Below, piece by piece: positions 1-12,918 of a stretch of DNA of 23,016 nt. Position 1 is the stretch's first letter. Every line of letters begins with the position of its first letter. The stretch lies in the IMG/VR virus record IMGVR_UViG_2563366874_000001, one strand, 5' to 3'. A program made the translations under genes and the position numbers. This DNA comes from a virus. Taxonomy: Duplodnaviria; Heunggongvirae; Uroviricota; Caudoviricetes. Below the pieces are notes generated by a model. That model had not been told where the DNA came from, searched no databases, and saw nothing but the letters and a program-made list of their open reading frames with translations.

Positions 1-160
1 ATCGCAGGTGAAATTGCCAGTATTCTCGACGGGATCCCCCTGTCGGTGCAGCGGCGTTTTCCGGAACTGGAAAACCGACATGTTGATTTCCTGAAACGGG
101 ATATCATCAAAGCCATGAACAAAGCAGCCGCGCTGGATGAACTGATACCGGGGTTGCTGA

Positions 161-186
<26 letters not shown>
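1..186 (+). CDS. nu1: Terminase small subunit Nu1, C-terminal part (5' end lies outside the window)
   Basis: Frame 1 is open from position 1 to TAA at 184-186 (ends ...LLSEYIEQSG). It overlaps the start of the 641-aa terminase ORF, as Nu1/A do in lambda. The C-terminal peptide matches my recollection of lambda Nu1 apart from one residue. Confidence 0.8.
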
Positions 187-3867
<3,681 letters not shown>

Positions 3868-3887
<20 letters not shown>

Positions 3888-5187
3888 TCTCCCGCATATT
3901 ACCAGTATGGCCTTTAATGAGCCGCTGATGCTTGAACCCGCCTATGCGCGGGTTTTCTTTTGTGCGCTTGCAGGCCAGCTTGGGATCAGCCGCCTGACGG
4001 ATGCGGTATCCGGCGACAGCCTGACTGCCGGAGAGGCACCCGCGGCGCTGGCGTTATCCGTTGATGATGACGGACCACGGCAGGCCCGCAGTTATCAGGT
4101 CATGAACGGCATCGCCGTGCTGCCGGTGTCCGGCACGCTGGTCAGTCGGACGCGAGCGCTGCAGCCGTATTCGGGGATGACCGGTTACAACGGCATTATC
4201 GCCCGTCTGCAACAGGCTGCCAGCGACCCGATGGTGGACGGCATTCTGCTCGATATGGATACGCCAGGCGGGATGGTGGCAGGGGCATTTGACTGCGCTG
4301 ACATCATCGCCCGTGTGCGTGACATAAAGCCGGTATGGGCGCTGGCCAATGACATGAACTGCAGCGCAGGTCAGCTGCTTGCCAGTGCCGCCTCCCGGCG
4401 TCTGGTCACGCAGACCGCCCGGACAGGCTCCATCGGCGTCATGATGGCTCACAGTAATTACGGTGCTGCGCTGGAGAAACAGGGCGTGGAAATCACGCTG
4501 ATTTACAGCGGCAGCCATAAGGTGGATGGCAACCCCTACAGCCATCTACCGGATGATGTCCGGGAAACACTGCAGTCCCGGATGGATGCAACCCGCCGGA
4601 TGTTTGCACAGAAGGTGTCGGCATATACCGGCCTGTCCGTGCAGGCTGTGCTGGATACCGAGGCTGCAGTGTACAGCGGTCAGGAGGCCATTGATGCCGG
4701 ACTGGCTGATGAACTTGTTAACAGTACCGATGCGATCACCATCATGCGTGATGCACTGGATGCACGTAAATCCCGTCTCTCAGGAGGGCGAATGACCAAA
4801 GAGACTCAATCAACAACTGTTTCAGCCACTGCTTCGCAGGCTGACGTTACTGGCGTGGTGCAAGCGACGGAGGGCGAGAACGCCAGCGCTGCGCAGCCGG
4901 ACGTGAACGCGCAGATCACCGCAGCTGTTGCGGCAGAAAACAGTCGCATTATGGGGATCCTCAACTGTGAGGAGGCTCACGGACGCGAAGAACAGGCACG
5001 CGTGCTGGCCGAAACCCCCGGTATGACCGTGGAAACGGCCCGCCGCATTCTGGCAGTTGCACCACAGAGTGCACAGGCGCGCAGTGACACTGCGCTGGAT
5101 CGTCTGATGCAGGGGGCACCGGCACCGCTGGCTGCAGGTAACCCGGCATCTGATGCCGTTAACGATTTGCTGAACACACCAGTGTAA
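3868..5187 (+). CDS. C: Head maturation protease / scaffold C (439 aa), serine peptidase (S49-like), GTG start
   Basis: The track ORF 3733-5187 contains the gpC-like sequence from V/M-TAELRNLPHI. GTG at 3868 gives 439 aa, the length of lambda gpC, and overlaps the end of B by 20 nt. Confidence 0.88.
4582..5187 (+). CDS. nu3: Scaffolding protein Nu3, nested in-frame within the 3' third of C
   Basis: Internal in-frame ATG (MDATRRMFAQ...) 714 nt into C. In lambda, Nu3 is an in-frame internal initiation product of about 201 aa sharing the C stop codon. Confidence 0.7.
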   Translation: MDATRRMFAQKVSAYTGLSVQAVLDTEAAVYSGQEAIDAGLADELVNSTDAITIMRDALDARKSRLSGGRMTKETQSTTVSATASQADVTGVVQATEGENASAAQPDVNAQITAAVAAENSRIMGILNCEEAHGREEQARVLAETPGMTVETARRILAVAPQSAQARSDTALDRLMQGAPAPLAAGNPASDAVNDLLNTPV

Positions 5188-5196
5188 GGGATGTTT

Positions 5197-5529
5197 ATGA
5201 CGAGCAAAGAAACCTTTACCCATTACCAGCCGCTGGGCAACAGTGACCCGGCACATACGGCAACCGCGCCCGGCGGATTGAGTGCGAAAGCGCCTGCAAT
5301 GACCCCGCTGATGCTGGATACCTCCACCCGTAAGCTGGTTGCGTGGGATGGCACCACCGACGGTGCTGCCGTTGGCATTCTGGCGGTTGATGCTGACCAG
5401 ACCAGCACCACGCTGACGTTCTACAAGTCCGGCACGTTCCGTTATGAGGATGTGCTCTGGCCGGAGGCTGCCAGCGACGAGACGAAGAAACGGACCGCGT
5501 TTGCCGGAACGGCAATCAGCATCGTTTAA
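5197..5529 (+). CDS. D: Head decoration protein D (110 aa)
   Basis: Begins [12 protein letters not shown] and is 110 aa. An AAGGG Shine-Dalgarno sits 6 nt before ATG 5197. The track ORF starts two codons earlier at 5191, but that start has poor spacing. Confidence 0.9.
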   Translation: MTSKETFTHYQPLGNSDPAHTATAPGGLSAKAPAMTPLMLDTSTRKLVAWDGTTDGAAVGILAVDADQTSTTLTFYKSGTFRYEDVLWPEAASDETKKRTAFAGTAISIV

Positions 5530-5546
5530 CCTTACCCTTCATCACT

Positions 5547-5571
5547 AAAGGCCGCCTGTGCGGCTTTTTTT
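5547..5571 (+). terminator. Hairpin followed by a T-run in the D-E intergenic region (possible attenuator or mRNA stabiliser)
   Basis: AAAGGCCGC-CTGT-GCGGCTTTTTTT: a 5-bp GC stem extended by A:U pairs, then a 7-T run. It lies inside a Q-antiterminated late operon, so it is probably read through. Confidence 0.4.
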
Positions 5572-5583
5572 ACGGGATTTTTT

Positions 5584-6609
5584 ATGTCGATGTACACAAC
5601 CGCCCAGCTGCTGGCGGCAAATGAGAAGAAATTTAAGTTTGATCCGCTGTTTCTGCGTCTCTTTTTCCGTGAGAGCTATCCCTTCACCACGGAGAAAGTC
5701 TATCTCTCACAAATTCCGGGACTGGTAAACATGGCGCTGTACGTTTCGCCGATTGTTTCCGGTGAGGTTATCCGCTCCCGTGGCGGCTCCACCTCTGAAT
5801 TTACGCCGGGATATGTCAAGCCGAAGCATGAGGTGAATCCGCAGATGACCCTGCGTCGCCTGCCGGATGAAGATCCGCAGAATCTGGCGGACCCGGCTTA
5901 CCGCCGCCGTCGCATCATCATGCAGAACATGCGAGACGAAGAGCTGGCCATTGCTCAGGTCGAAGAGATGCAGGCCGTTTCTGCCGTGCTTAAGGGCAAA
6001 TACACCATGACCGGTGAAGCCTTCGATCCGGTTGAAGTGGATATGGGCCGCAGTGCGGCGAACAACATCACACAGTCCGGTGGTACGGAGTGGAGCAAGC
6101 GTGACAAGTCCACGTATGACCCGACCGACGATATCGAAGCCTATGCGCTGAACGCCAGCGGCGTGGTGAATATCATCGTGTTTGATCCGAAAGGCTGGGC
6201 GCTGTTCCGTTCCTTCAAAGCCGTCAAGGAGAAGCTGGATACCCGTCGCGGCTCTAATTCCGAGCTGGAGACAGCGGTAAAAGACCTGGGCGAAGCGGTG
6301 TCCTATAAGGGGATGTATGGCGATACGGCGATCGTCGTGTATTCCGGACAGTACGTGGAAAACGACGTCAAAAAGAACTTCCTTCCGGACAACACGATGG
6401 TGCTGGGGAACACTCAGGCACGCGGTCTGCGCACCTATGGCTGCATTCAGGATGCGGACGCACAGCGCGAAGGTATTAACGCTTCTGCCCGCTACCCGAA
6501 AAACTGGGTGACCACCGGCGATCCGGCGCGTGAGTTCACCATGATTCAGTCAGCACCGCTGATGCTGCTGGCTGACCCTGATGCGTTCGTGTCCGTACAA
6601 CTGGCGTAA
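5584..6609 (+). CDS. E: Major capsid protein E (341 aa)
   Basis: 341 aa, the length of lambda gpE, in the expected position after D. Begins MSMYTTAQLLAANE. Confidence 0.95.
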   Translation: MSMYTTAQLLAANEKKFKFDPLFLRLFFRESYPFTTEKVYLSQIPGLVNMALYVSPIVSGEVIRSRGGSTSEFTPGYVKPKHEVNPQMTLRRLPDEDPQNLADPAYRRRRIIMQNMRDEELAIAQVEEMQAVSAVLKGKYTMTGEAFDPVEVDMGRSAANNITQSGGTEWSKRDKSTYDPTDDIEAYALNASGVVNIIVFDPKGWALFRSFKAVKEKLDTRRGSNSELETAVKDLGEAVSYKGMYGDTAIVVYSGQYVENDVKKNFLPDNTMVLGNTQARGLRTYGCIQDADAQREGINASARYPKNWVTTGDPAREFTMIQSAPLMLLADPDAFVSVQLA

Positions 6610-6611
6610 TC

Positions 6612-6638
6612 ATGGCCCTTCGGGGCCATTTTCTCTTT
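6612..6638 (+). terminator. Stable stem-loop with a UUCG-type tetraloop and a U-rich tail immediately after the capsid gene
   Basis: ATGGCCC-TTCG-GGGCCAT is a perfect 7-bp stem with a TTCG loop, followed by TTTTCTCTTT, 3 nt after the E stop codon. The FI Shine-Dalgarno GGAGGA follows at 6641. Confidence 0.45.
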
Positions 6639-6650
6639 GTGGAGGAGTCC

Positions 6651-7046
6651 ATGACGAAAGATGAACTGATTGCCCGTCTTCAGGTGCTGGGTGAGCAACT
6701 GAACCGTGATGTCAGCCTGACGGGGACGAAAGAAGAACTGGTGCTCCGTGTGGCAGAGCTGGAAGAGGAGCTTGATGACACGGATGACGCTGCCGGTCAG
6801 GACACATCTGTCAGCCCGGAAAATGCGCTGACCGGACATGAAAATGAGGTTGTATCAGCGCAGCCGGATACCGTGACTGATACGGCTGATCTGGTCACGG
6901 TTGTGGCACTGGTGACGCTGCATACTGATGCACTTCACGCCACGCGGGATGAGGCTGTGGCATTTGTGCTGCCGGGAACGGCGTTCCGTGTCTCTGCCGG
7001 TGTGGCAGCTGAAATGACAGAACGTGGCCTGGCCAGAATGCAATAA
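6651..7046 (+). CDS. FI: DNA packaging / head assembly protein FI
   Basis: Starts MTKDELIARL with GGAGGA 5 nt upstream. The track ORF extends further 5' but has no RBS there. About 131 aa. Confidence 0.88.
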   Translation: MTKDELIARLQVLGEQLNRDVSLTGTKEELVLRVAELEEELDDTDDAAGQDTSVSPENALTGHENEVVSAQPDTVTDTADLVTVVALVTLHTDALHATRDEAVAFVLPGTAFRVSAGVAAEMTERGLARMQ

Positions 7047-7057
7047 CGGGAGGCGCT

Positions 7058-7411
7058 GTGGCTGATTTCGATAACCTGTTCGATGCTGCCATTGCCCGCG
7101 CCGATGAAACGATACGCGGGTACATGGGAACGTCAGCCACCATGACATCCGGTGAGCAGTCCGGCGCTGTGATACGTGGTGTTTTTGATGACCCTGAAAA
7201 TATCAGCTATGCCGGACAGGGCGTGCGCGTTGAAGGCTCCAGCCCGTCCCTGTTTGTCCGGACTGATGATGTGCGGCAACTGCGGCGTGGAGACACGCTG
7301 ACCATCGGTGAGGAAAACTTCTGGATAGACCGGGTATCGCCGGATGATGGCGGAAGCTGTCATCTCTGGCTTGGGCGTGGCGTTCCGCCTGCCGTTAACC
7401 GTCGCCGTTGA
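7058..7411 (+). CDS. FII: Head-tail connector protein FII (117 aa), GTG start
   Basis: 117-aa ORF, the length of lambda gpFII, with GTG as first codon at 7058 and a GGGAGG Shine-Dalgarno upstream. Confidence 0.88.
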   Translation: MADFDNLFDAAIARADETIRGYMGTSATMTSGEQSGAVIRGVFDDPENISYAGQGVRVEGSSPSLFVRTDDVRQLRRGDTLTIGEENFWIDRVSPDDGGSCHLWLGRGVPPAVNRRR

Positions 7412-7492
7412 AAGGGGGATGTATGGCCATAAAAGGTCTTGAGCAGGCCGTTGAAAGGGGGATGTATGGCCATACAGGGTCTTGAGCAGGCC
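7407..7492 (+). repeat. Tandem direct duplication of 43 bp (2 copies, 2 mismatches) spanning the Z ribosome-binding site and start codon
   Basis: Copy 1 at 7407-7449 is GTTGAAAGGGGGATGTATGGCCATAAAAGGTCTTGAGCAGGCC. Copy 2 at 7450-7492 is identical except ATAAAAGG becomes ATACAGGG. The 10-mer GCCGTTGAAA occurs three times, at 7404, 7447 and 7490, bounding the unit. Confidence 0.9.
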
Positions 7493-8044
7493 GTTGAAAA
7501 CCTCAGCCGTATCAGCAAAACGGCGGTTCCCGGTGCCGCCGCAATGGCCATTAACCGCGTTGCGTCATCCGCGATATCGCAGTCGGCGTCACAGGTTGCC
7601 CGTGAGACAAAGGTACGCCGGAAACTGGTAAAGGAAAGGGCCAGGCTGAAAAGGGCCACGGTCAAAAATCCGCAGGCCAGAATCAAAGTTAACCGGGGGG
7701 ATTTGCCCGTAATCAAGCTGGGTAATGCGCGGGTTGTCCTGTCCCGCCGCAGGCGTCGTAAAAAGGGGCAGCGTTCATCCCTGAAAGGTGGCGGCAGCGT
7801 GCTTGTGGTGGGTAACCGTCGTATTCCCGGCGCGTTTATTCAGCAACTGAAAAATGGCCGGTGGCATGTTATGCAGCGTGTGGCCGGGAAAAACCGTTAC
7901 CCCATTGATGTGGTGAAAATCCCGATGGCGGTGCCGCTGACCACGGCGTTTAAACAGAATATTGAACGGATACGGCGTGAACGTCTTCCGAAAGAGCTGG
8001 GCTATGCGCTGCAGCATCAACTGAGAATGGTAATAAAGCGATGA
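7466..8044 (+). CDS. Z: Tail completion protein Z (192 aa)
   Basis: Begins MAIQGLEQAVENLSRISK from the ATG in the second repeat copy; 192 aa as in lambda gpZ. ATGA overlap with U at the 3' end. Confidence 0.88.
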   Translation: MAIQGLEQAVENLSRISKTAVPGAAAMAINRVASSAISQSASQVARETKVRRKLVKERARLKRATVKNPQARIKVNRGDLPVIKLGNARVVLSRRRRRKKGQRSSLKGGGSVLVVGNRRIPGAFIQQLKNGRWHVMQRVAGKNRYPIDVVKIPMAVPLTTAFKQNIERIRRERLPKELGYALQHQLRMVIKR

Positions 8045-8436
8045 AACATACTGAACTCCGTGCAGCCGTACTGGATGCACTGGAGAAGCATGACACCGGG
8101 GCGACGCTTTTTGATGGTCGCCCCGCTGTTTTTGATGAGGAAGATTTTCCGGCAATTGCCGTTTATCTCACCGGCGCTGAATACACGGGCGAAGAGCTGG
8201 ACAGCGATACCTGGCAGGCGGAGCTGCATATTGAAGTTTTCCTGCCTGCTCAGGTGCCGGATTCAGAGCTGGATTCGTGGATGGAGTCCCGGATTTATCC
8301 GGTGATGAGCGATATCCCGGCACTGTCAGATTTGATCACCAGTATGGTGGCCAGTGGCTATGACTACCGGCGCGACGATGATGCGGGCCTGTGGAGTTCA
8401 GCCGATCTGACTTATGTCATTACCTATGAAATGTGA
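8041..8436 (+). CDS. U: Tail terminator protein U (131 aa)
   Basis: 131-aa ORF coupled to Z; length and position match lambda gpU. Confidence 0.9.
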   Translation: MKHTELRAAVLDALEKHDTGATLFDGRPAVFDEEDFPAIAVYLTGAEYTGEELDSDTWQAELHIEVFLPAQVPDSELDSWMESRIYPVMSDIPALSDLITSMVASGYDYRRDDDAGLWSSADLTYVITYEM

Positions 8437-8443
8437 GGACGCT

Positions 8444-9184
8444 ATGCCTGTACCAAATCCTGTAATGCCGGTGAAAGGTGCCGGGACCACCCTGTGGGTT
8501 TATAAGGGGAGCGGTGACCCTTATGCGAACCCGCTTTCAGACGTTGACTGGTCGCGTCTGGCAAAAGTTAAAGACCTGACGCCCGGCGAACTGACCGCTG
8601 AGTCCTATGACGACAGCTATCTCGATGATGAAGATGCAGACTGGACTGCGACCGGGCAGGGGCAGAAATCTGCCGGAGATACCAGCTTCACGCTGGCGTG
8701 GATGCCCGGAGAGCAGGGGCAGCAGGCGCTGCTGGCGTGGTTTAATGAAGGTGATACCCGTGCCTATAAAATCCGCTTCCCGAACGGCACGGTCGATGTG
8801 TTCCGTGGCTGGGTCAGCAGCATCGGTAAGGCGGTGACGGCAAAGGAAGTGATCACCCGTACGGTGAAGGTCACCAATGTGGGTCGTCCGTCAATGGCAG
8901 AAGAACACAGTACGGTGACGGCGGCAACCGGTATGACCGTGACGCCAGCCAGCGCTTCCGTAGTGAAAGGGAAGAGCACCACGCTGACCGTGGCATTCCA
9001 GCCGGAAGGCGCAACCGACAAGAGCTTCCGTGCGGTGTCAGCGGATAAAACAAAAGCTACCGTGTCGGTCAGTGGTATGACCATCACCGTGAACGGCGTT
9101 GCTGCAGGCAAGGTCAACATTCCGGTTGTATCCGGTAATGGTGAGTTTGCTGCGGTTGCAGAAATTACCGTCACCGCCAGTTAA
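8444..9184 (+). CDS. V: Major tail tube protein V (246 aa) with a C-terminal Ig-like domain
   Basis: Starts [20 protein letters not shown] with a GAGGA Shine-Dalgarno 5 nt upstream of ATG 8444. The track ORF start at 8414 overlaps U and lacks an RBS. The C-terminal about 90 aa ([12 protein letters not shown]...ITVTAS) looks like a Big_2-type Ig fold. Confidence 0.9.
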   Translation: MPVPNPVMPVKGAGTTLWVYKGSGDPYANPLSDVDWSRLAKVKDLTPGELTAESYDDSYLDDEDADWTATGQGQKSAGDTSFTLAWMPGEQGQQALLAWFNEGDTRAYKIRFPNGTVDVFRGWVSSIGKAVTAKEVITRTVKVTNVGRPSMAEEHSTVTAATGMTVTPASASVVKGKSTTLTVAFQPEGATDKSFRAVSADKTKATVSVSGMTITVNGVAAGKVNIPVVSGNGEFAAVAEITVTAS

Positions 9185-9199
9185 TCCGGAGAGTCAGCG

Positions 9200-9622
9200 A
9201 TGTTCCTGAAAACCGAATCATTTGAACATAACGGTGTGACCGTCACGCTTTCTGAACTGTCAGCCCTGCAGCGCATTGAGCATCTCGCCCTGATGAAACG
9301 GCAGGCAGAACAGGCGGAGTCAGACAGCAACCGGAAGTTTACTGTGGAAGACGCCATCAGAACCGGCGCGTTTCTGGTGGCGATGTCCCTGTGGCATAAC
9401 CATCCGCAGAAGACGCAGATGCCGTCCATGAATGAAGCCGTTAAACAGATTGAGCAGGAAGTGCTTACCACCTGGCCCACGGAGGCAATTTCTCATGCTG
9501 AAAACGTGGTGTACCGGCTGTCTGGTATGTATGAGTTTGTGGTGAATAATGCCCCTGAACAGACAGAGGACGCCGGGCCCGCAGAGCCTGTTTCTGCGGG
9601 AAAGTGTTCGACGGTGAGCTGA
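9200..9622 (+). CDS. G: Tail assembly chaperone G (140 aa)
   Basis: 140-aa ORF directly after V, ending 18 nt after the GGGAAAG slippery heptamer. Confidence 0.9.
   Translation: MFLKTESFEHNGVTVTLSELSALQRIEHLALMKRQAEQAESDSNRKFTVEDAIRTGAFLVAMSLWHNHPQKTQMPSMNEAVKQIEQEVLTTWPTEAISHAENVVYRLSGMYEFVVNNAPEQTEDAGPAEPVSAGKCSTVS
9598..9604 (+). other. Programmed -1 ribosomal frameshift site (slippery heptamer G GGA AAG) producing the G-T fusion
   Basis: The heptamer is in the correct zero-frame register near the 3' end of G (codons GCG GGA AAG). The -1 frame is open from here through 10038. This is the well-described lambda G/GT mechanism. Confidence 0.8.
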
Positions 9623-10038
9623 GTTTTGCCCTGAAACTGGCGCGTGAGATGGGGCGACCCGACTGGCGTGCCATGCTTGCCGGGATGTCATCCACGGAGT
9701 ATGCCGACTGGCACCGCTTTTACAGTACCCATTATTTTCATGATGTTCTGCTGGATATGCACTTTTCCGGGCTGACGTACACCGTGCTCAGCCTGTTTTT
9801 CAGCGATCCGGATATGCATCCGCTGGATTTCAGTCTGCTGAACCGGCGCGAGGCTGACGAAGAGCCTGAAGATGATGTGCTGATGCAGAAAGCGGCAGGG
9901 CTTGCCGGAGGTGTCCGCTTTGGCCCGGACGGGAATGAAGTTATCCCCGCTTCCCCGGATGTGGCGGACATGACGGAGGATGACGTAATGCTGATGACAG
10001 TATCAGAAGGGATCGCAGGAGGAGTCCGGTATGGCTGA
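9604..10038 (+). CDS. T: T segment of the G-T frameshift fusion tail assembly chaperone (expressed only as gpGT)
   Basis: The -1 frame relative to G is open from the slip site to TGA 10036-10038 and has no independent RBS or ATG. It overlaps the H start. Confidence 0.8.
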   Translation: MFDGELSFALKLAREMGRPDWRAMLAGMSSTEYADWHRFYSTHYFHDVLLDMHFSGLTYTVLSLFFSDPDMHPLDFSLLNRREADEEPEDDVLMQKAAGLAGGVRFGPDGNEVIPASPDVADMTEDDVMLMTVSEGIAGGVRYG

Positions 10039-12592
10039 ACCGGTAGGCGATCTGGTCGTTGATTTGAGTCTGGATGCGGCCAGATTTGACGAGCAGATGG
10101 CCAGAGTCAGGCGTCATTTTTCCGGTACGGAAAGTGATGCGAAAAAAACAGCGGCAGTCGTTGAACAGTCGCTGAGCCGACAGGCGCTGGCTGCACAGAA
10201 AGCGGGGATTTCCGTCGGGCAGTATAAAGCCGCCATGCGTATGCTGCCTGCACAGTTCACCGACGTGGCCACGCAGCTTGCCGGCGGGCAAAGTCCGTGG
10301 CTGATCCTGCTGCAACAGGGGGGGCAGGTGAAGGACTCCTTCGGCGGGATGATCCCCATGTTCAGGGGGCTTGCCGGTGCGATCACCCTGCCGATGGTGG
10401 GGGCCACCTCGCTGGCGGTGGCGACCGGTGCGCTGGCGTATGCCTGGTATCAGGGCAACTCAACCCTGTCCGATTTCAACAAAACGCTGGTCCTTTCCGG
10501 CAATCAGGCGGGACTGACGGCAGATCGTATGCTGGTCCTGTCCAGAGCCGGGCAGGCGGCAGGGCTGACGTTTAACCAGACCAGCGAGTCACTCAGCGCA
10601 CTGGTTAAGGCGGGGGTAAGCGGTGAGGCTCAGATTGCGTCCATCAGCCAGAGTGTGGCGCGTTTCTCCTCTGCATCCGGCGTGGAGGTGGACAAGGTCG
10701 CTGAAGCCTTCGGGAAGCTGACCACAGACCCGACGTCGGGGCTGACGGCGATGGCACGCCAGTTCCATAACGTGACGGCGGAGCAGATTGCGTATGTTGC
10801 TCAGTTGCAGCGTTCCGGCGATGAAGCCGGGGCATTGCAGGCGGCGAACGAGGCCGCAACGAAAGGGTTTGATGACCAGACCCGCCGCCTGAAAGAGAAC
10901 ATGGGCACGCTGGAGACCTGGGCAGACAGGACTGCGCGGGCATTCAAATCCATGTGGGATGCGGTGCTGGATATTGGTCGTCCTGATACCGCGCAGGAGA
11001 TGCTGATTAAGGCAGAGGCTGCGTTTAAGAAAGCAGACGACATCTGGAATCTGCGCAAGGATGATTATTTTGTTAACGATGAAGCGCGGGCGCGTTACTG
11101 GGATGATCGTGAAAAGGCCCGTCTTGCGCTTGAAGCCGCCCGAAAGAAGGCTGAGCAGCAGACTCAACAGGACAAAAATGCGCAGCAGCAGAGCGATACC
11201 GAAGCGTCACGGCTGAAATATACCGAAGAGGCGCAGAAGGCTTACGAACGGCTGCAGACGCCGCTGGAGAAATATACCGCCCGTCAGGAAGAACTGAACA
11301 AGGCACTGAAAGACGGGAAAATCCTGCAGGCGGATTACAACACGCTGATGGCGGCGGCGAAAAAGGATTATGAAGCGACGCTGAAAAAGCCGAAACAGTC
11401 CGGCGTGAAGGTGTCTGCGGGCGATCGTCAGGAAGACAGTGCTCATGCTGCCCTGCTGACGCTTCAGGCAGAACTCCGGACGCTGGAGAAGCATGCCGGA
11501 GCAAATGAGAAAATCAGCCAGCAGCGCCGGGATTTGTGGAAGGCGGAGAGTCAGTTCGCGGTACTGGAGGAGGCGGCGCAACGTCGCCAGCTGTCTGCAC
11601 AGGAGAAATCCCTGCTGGCGCATAAAGATGAGACGCTGGAGTACAAACGCCAGCTGGCTGCACTTGGCGACAAGGTTACGTATCAGGAGCGCCTGAACGC
11701 GCTGGCGCAGCAGGCGGATAAATTCGCACAGCAGCAACGGGCAAAACGGGCCGCCATTGATGCGAAAAGCCGGGGGCTGACTGACCGGCAGGCAGAACGG
11801 GAAGCCACGGAACAGCGCCTGAAGGAACAGTATGGCGATAATCCGCTGGCGCTGAATAACGTCATGTCAGAGCAGAAAAAGACCTGGGCGGCTGAAGACC
11901 AGCTTCGCGGGAACTGGATGGCAGGCCTGAAGTCCGGCTGGAGTGAGTGGGAAGAGAGCGCCACGGACAGTATGTCGCAGGTAAAAAGTGCAGCCACGCA
12001 GACCTTTGATGGTATTGCACAGAATATGGCGGCGATGCTGACCGGCAGTGAGCAGAACTGGCGCAGCTTCACCCGTTCCGTGCTGTCCATGATGACAGAA
12101 ATTCTGCTTAAGCAGGCAATGGTGGGGATTGTCGGGAGTATCGGCAGCGCCATTGGCGGGGCTGTTGGTGGCGGCGCATCCGCGTCAGGCGGTACAGCCA
12201 TTCAGGCCGCTGCGGCGAAACTCCATTTTGCAACCGGAGGATTTACGGGAACCGGCGGCAAATATGAGCCAGCGGGGATTGTTCACCGTGGTGAGTTTGT
12301 CTTCACGAAGGAGGCAACCAGCCGGATTGGCGTGGGGAATCTTTACCGGCTGATGCGCGGCTATGCCACCGGCGGTTATGTCGGTACACCGGGCAGCATG
12401 GCAGACAGCCGGTCGCAGGCGTCCGGGACGTTTGAGCAGAATAACCATGTGGTGATTAACAACGACGGCACGAACGGGCAGATAGGTCCGGCTGCTCTGA
12501 AGGCGGTGTATGACATGGCCCGCAAGGGTGCCCGTGATGAAATTCAGACACAGATGCGTGATGGTGGCCTGTTCTCCGGAGGTGGACGATGA
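10031..12592 (+). CDS. H: Tail tape measure protein H (853 aa)
   Basis: 853 aa, the length of lambda gpH. Long Ala/Gln/Glu/Lys-rich helical region and a C-terminal Gly-rich segment (GSIGSAIGGAVGGGASASGG). Confidence 0.95.
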   Translation: MAEPVGDLVVDLSLDAARFDEQMARVRRHFSGTESDAKKTAAVVEQSLSRQALAAQKAGISVGQYKAAMRMLPAQFTDVATQLAGGQSPWLILLQQGGQVKDSFGGMIPMFRGLAGAITLPMVGATSLAVATGALAYAWYQGNSTLSDFNKTLVLSGNQAGLTADRMLVLSRAGQAAGLTFNQTSESLSALVKAGVSGEAQIASISQSVARFSSASGVEVDKVAEAFGKLTTDPTSGLTAMARQFHNVTAEQIAYVAQLQRSGDEAGALQAANEAATKGFDDQTRRLKENMGTLETWADRTARAFKSMWDAVLDIGRPDTAQEMLIKAEAAFKKADDIWNLRKDDYFVNDEARARYWDDREKARLALEAARKKAEQQTQQDKNAQQQSDTEASRLKYTEEAQKAYERLQTPLEKYTARQEELNKALKDGKILQADYNTLMAAAKKDYEATLKKPKQSGVKVSAGDRQEDSAHAALLTLQAELRTLEKHAGANEKISQQRRDLWKAESQFAVLEEAAQRRQLSAQEKSLLAHKDETLEYKRQLAALGDKVTYQERLNALAQQADKFAQQQRAKRAAIDAKSRGLTDRQAEREATEQRLKEQYGDNPLALNNVMSEQKKTWAAEDQLRGNWMAGLKSGWSEWEESATDSMSQVKSAATQTFDGIAQNMAAMLTGSEQNWRSFTRSVLSMMTEILLKQAMVGIVGSIGSAIGGAVGGGASASGGTAIQAAAAKLHFATGGFTGTGGKYEPAGIVHRGEFVFTKEATSRIGVGNLYRLMRGYATGGYVGTPGSMADSRSQASGTFEQNNHVVINNDGTNGQIGPAALKAVYDMARKGARDEIQTQMRDGGLFSGGGR

Positions 12593-12918
12593 AGACCTTC
12601 CGCTGGAAAGTGAAACCAGGTATGGATGTGGCTTCGGTCCCTTCTGTAAGAAAGGTGCGCTTTGGTGATGGCTATTCCCAGCGAGCGCCTGCCGGGCTGA
12701 ATGCCAACCTGAAAACGTACAGCGTGACGCTTTCTGTCCCCCGTGAGGAGGCCACGGTACTGGAGTCGTTTCTGGAAGAGCACGGGGGCTGGAAAGCCTT
12801 TCTGTGGACGCCGCCTTATGAGTGGCGGCAGATAAAGGTGACCTGCGCAAAATGGTCGTCGCGGGTCAGTATGCTGCGTGTTGAGTTCAGCGCAGAGTTT
12901 GAACAGGTGGTGAACTGA
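12589..12918 (+). CDS. M: Tail tip protein M (109 aa)
   Basis: 109-aa ORF with an ATGA overlap with H; matches lambda gpM size and position. Confidence 0.9.
   Translation: MKTFRWKVKPGMDVASVPSVRKVRFGDGYSQRAPAGLNANLKTYSVTLSVPREEATVLESFLEEHGGWKAFLWTPPYEWRQIKVTCAKWSSRVSMLRVEFSAEFEQVVN

Noticed and set aside
1-160. cos site or terminase recognition elements
   Set aside because: cos and the Nu1 binding sites lie upstream of Nu1, and the window starts inside Nu1. No cohesive-end motif could be identified here.
6612-6650. Upstream extension of FI (track start 6612) and of V (track start 8414)
   Set aside because: The extensions overlap terminator-like hairpins or the preceding gene and lack an RBS. 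Internal ATGs with good Shine-Dalgarno sequences give the conserved N-termini.
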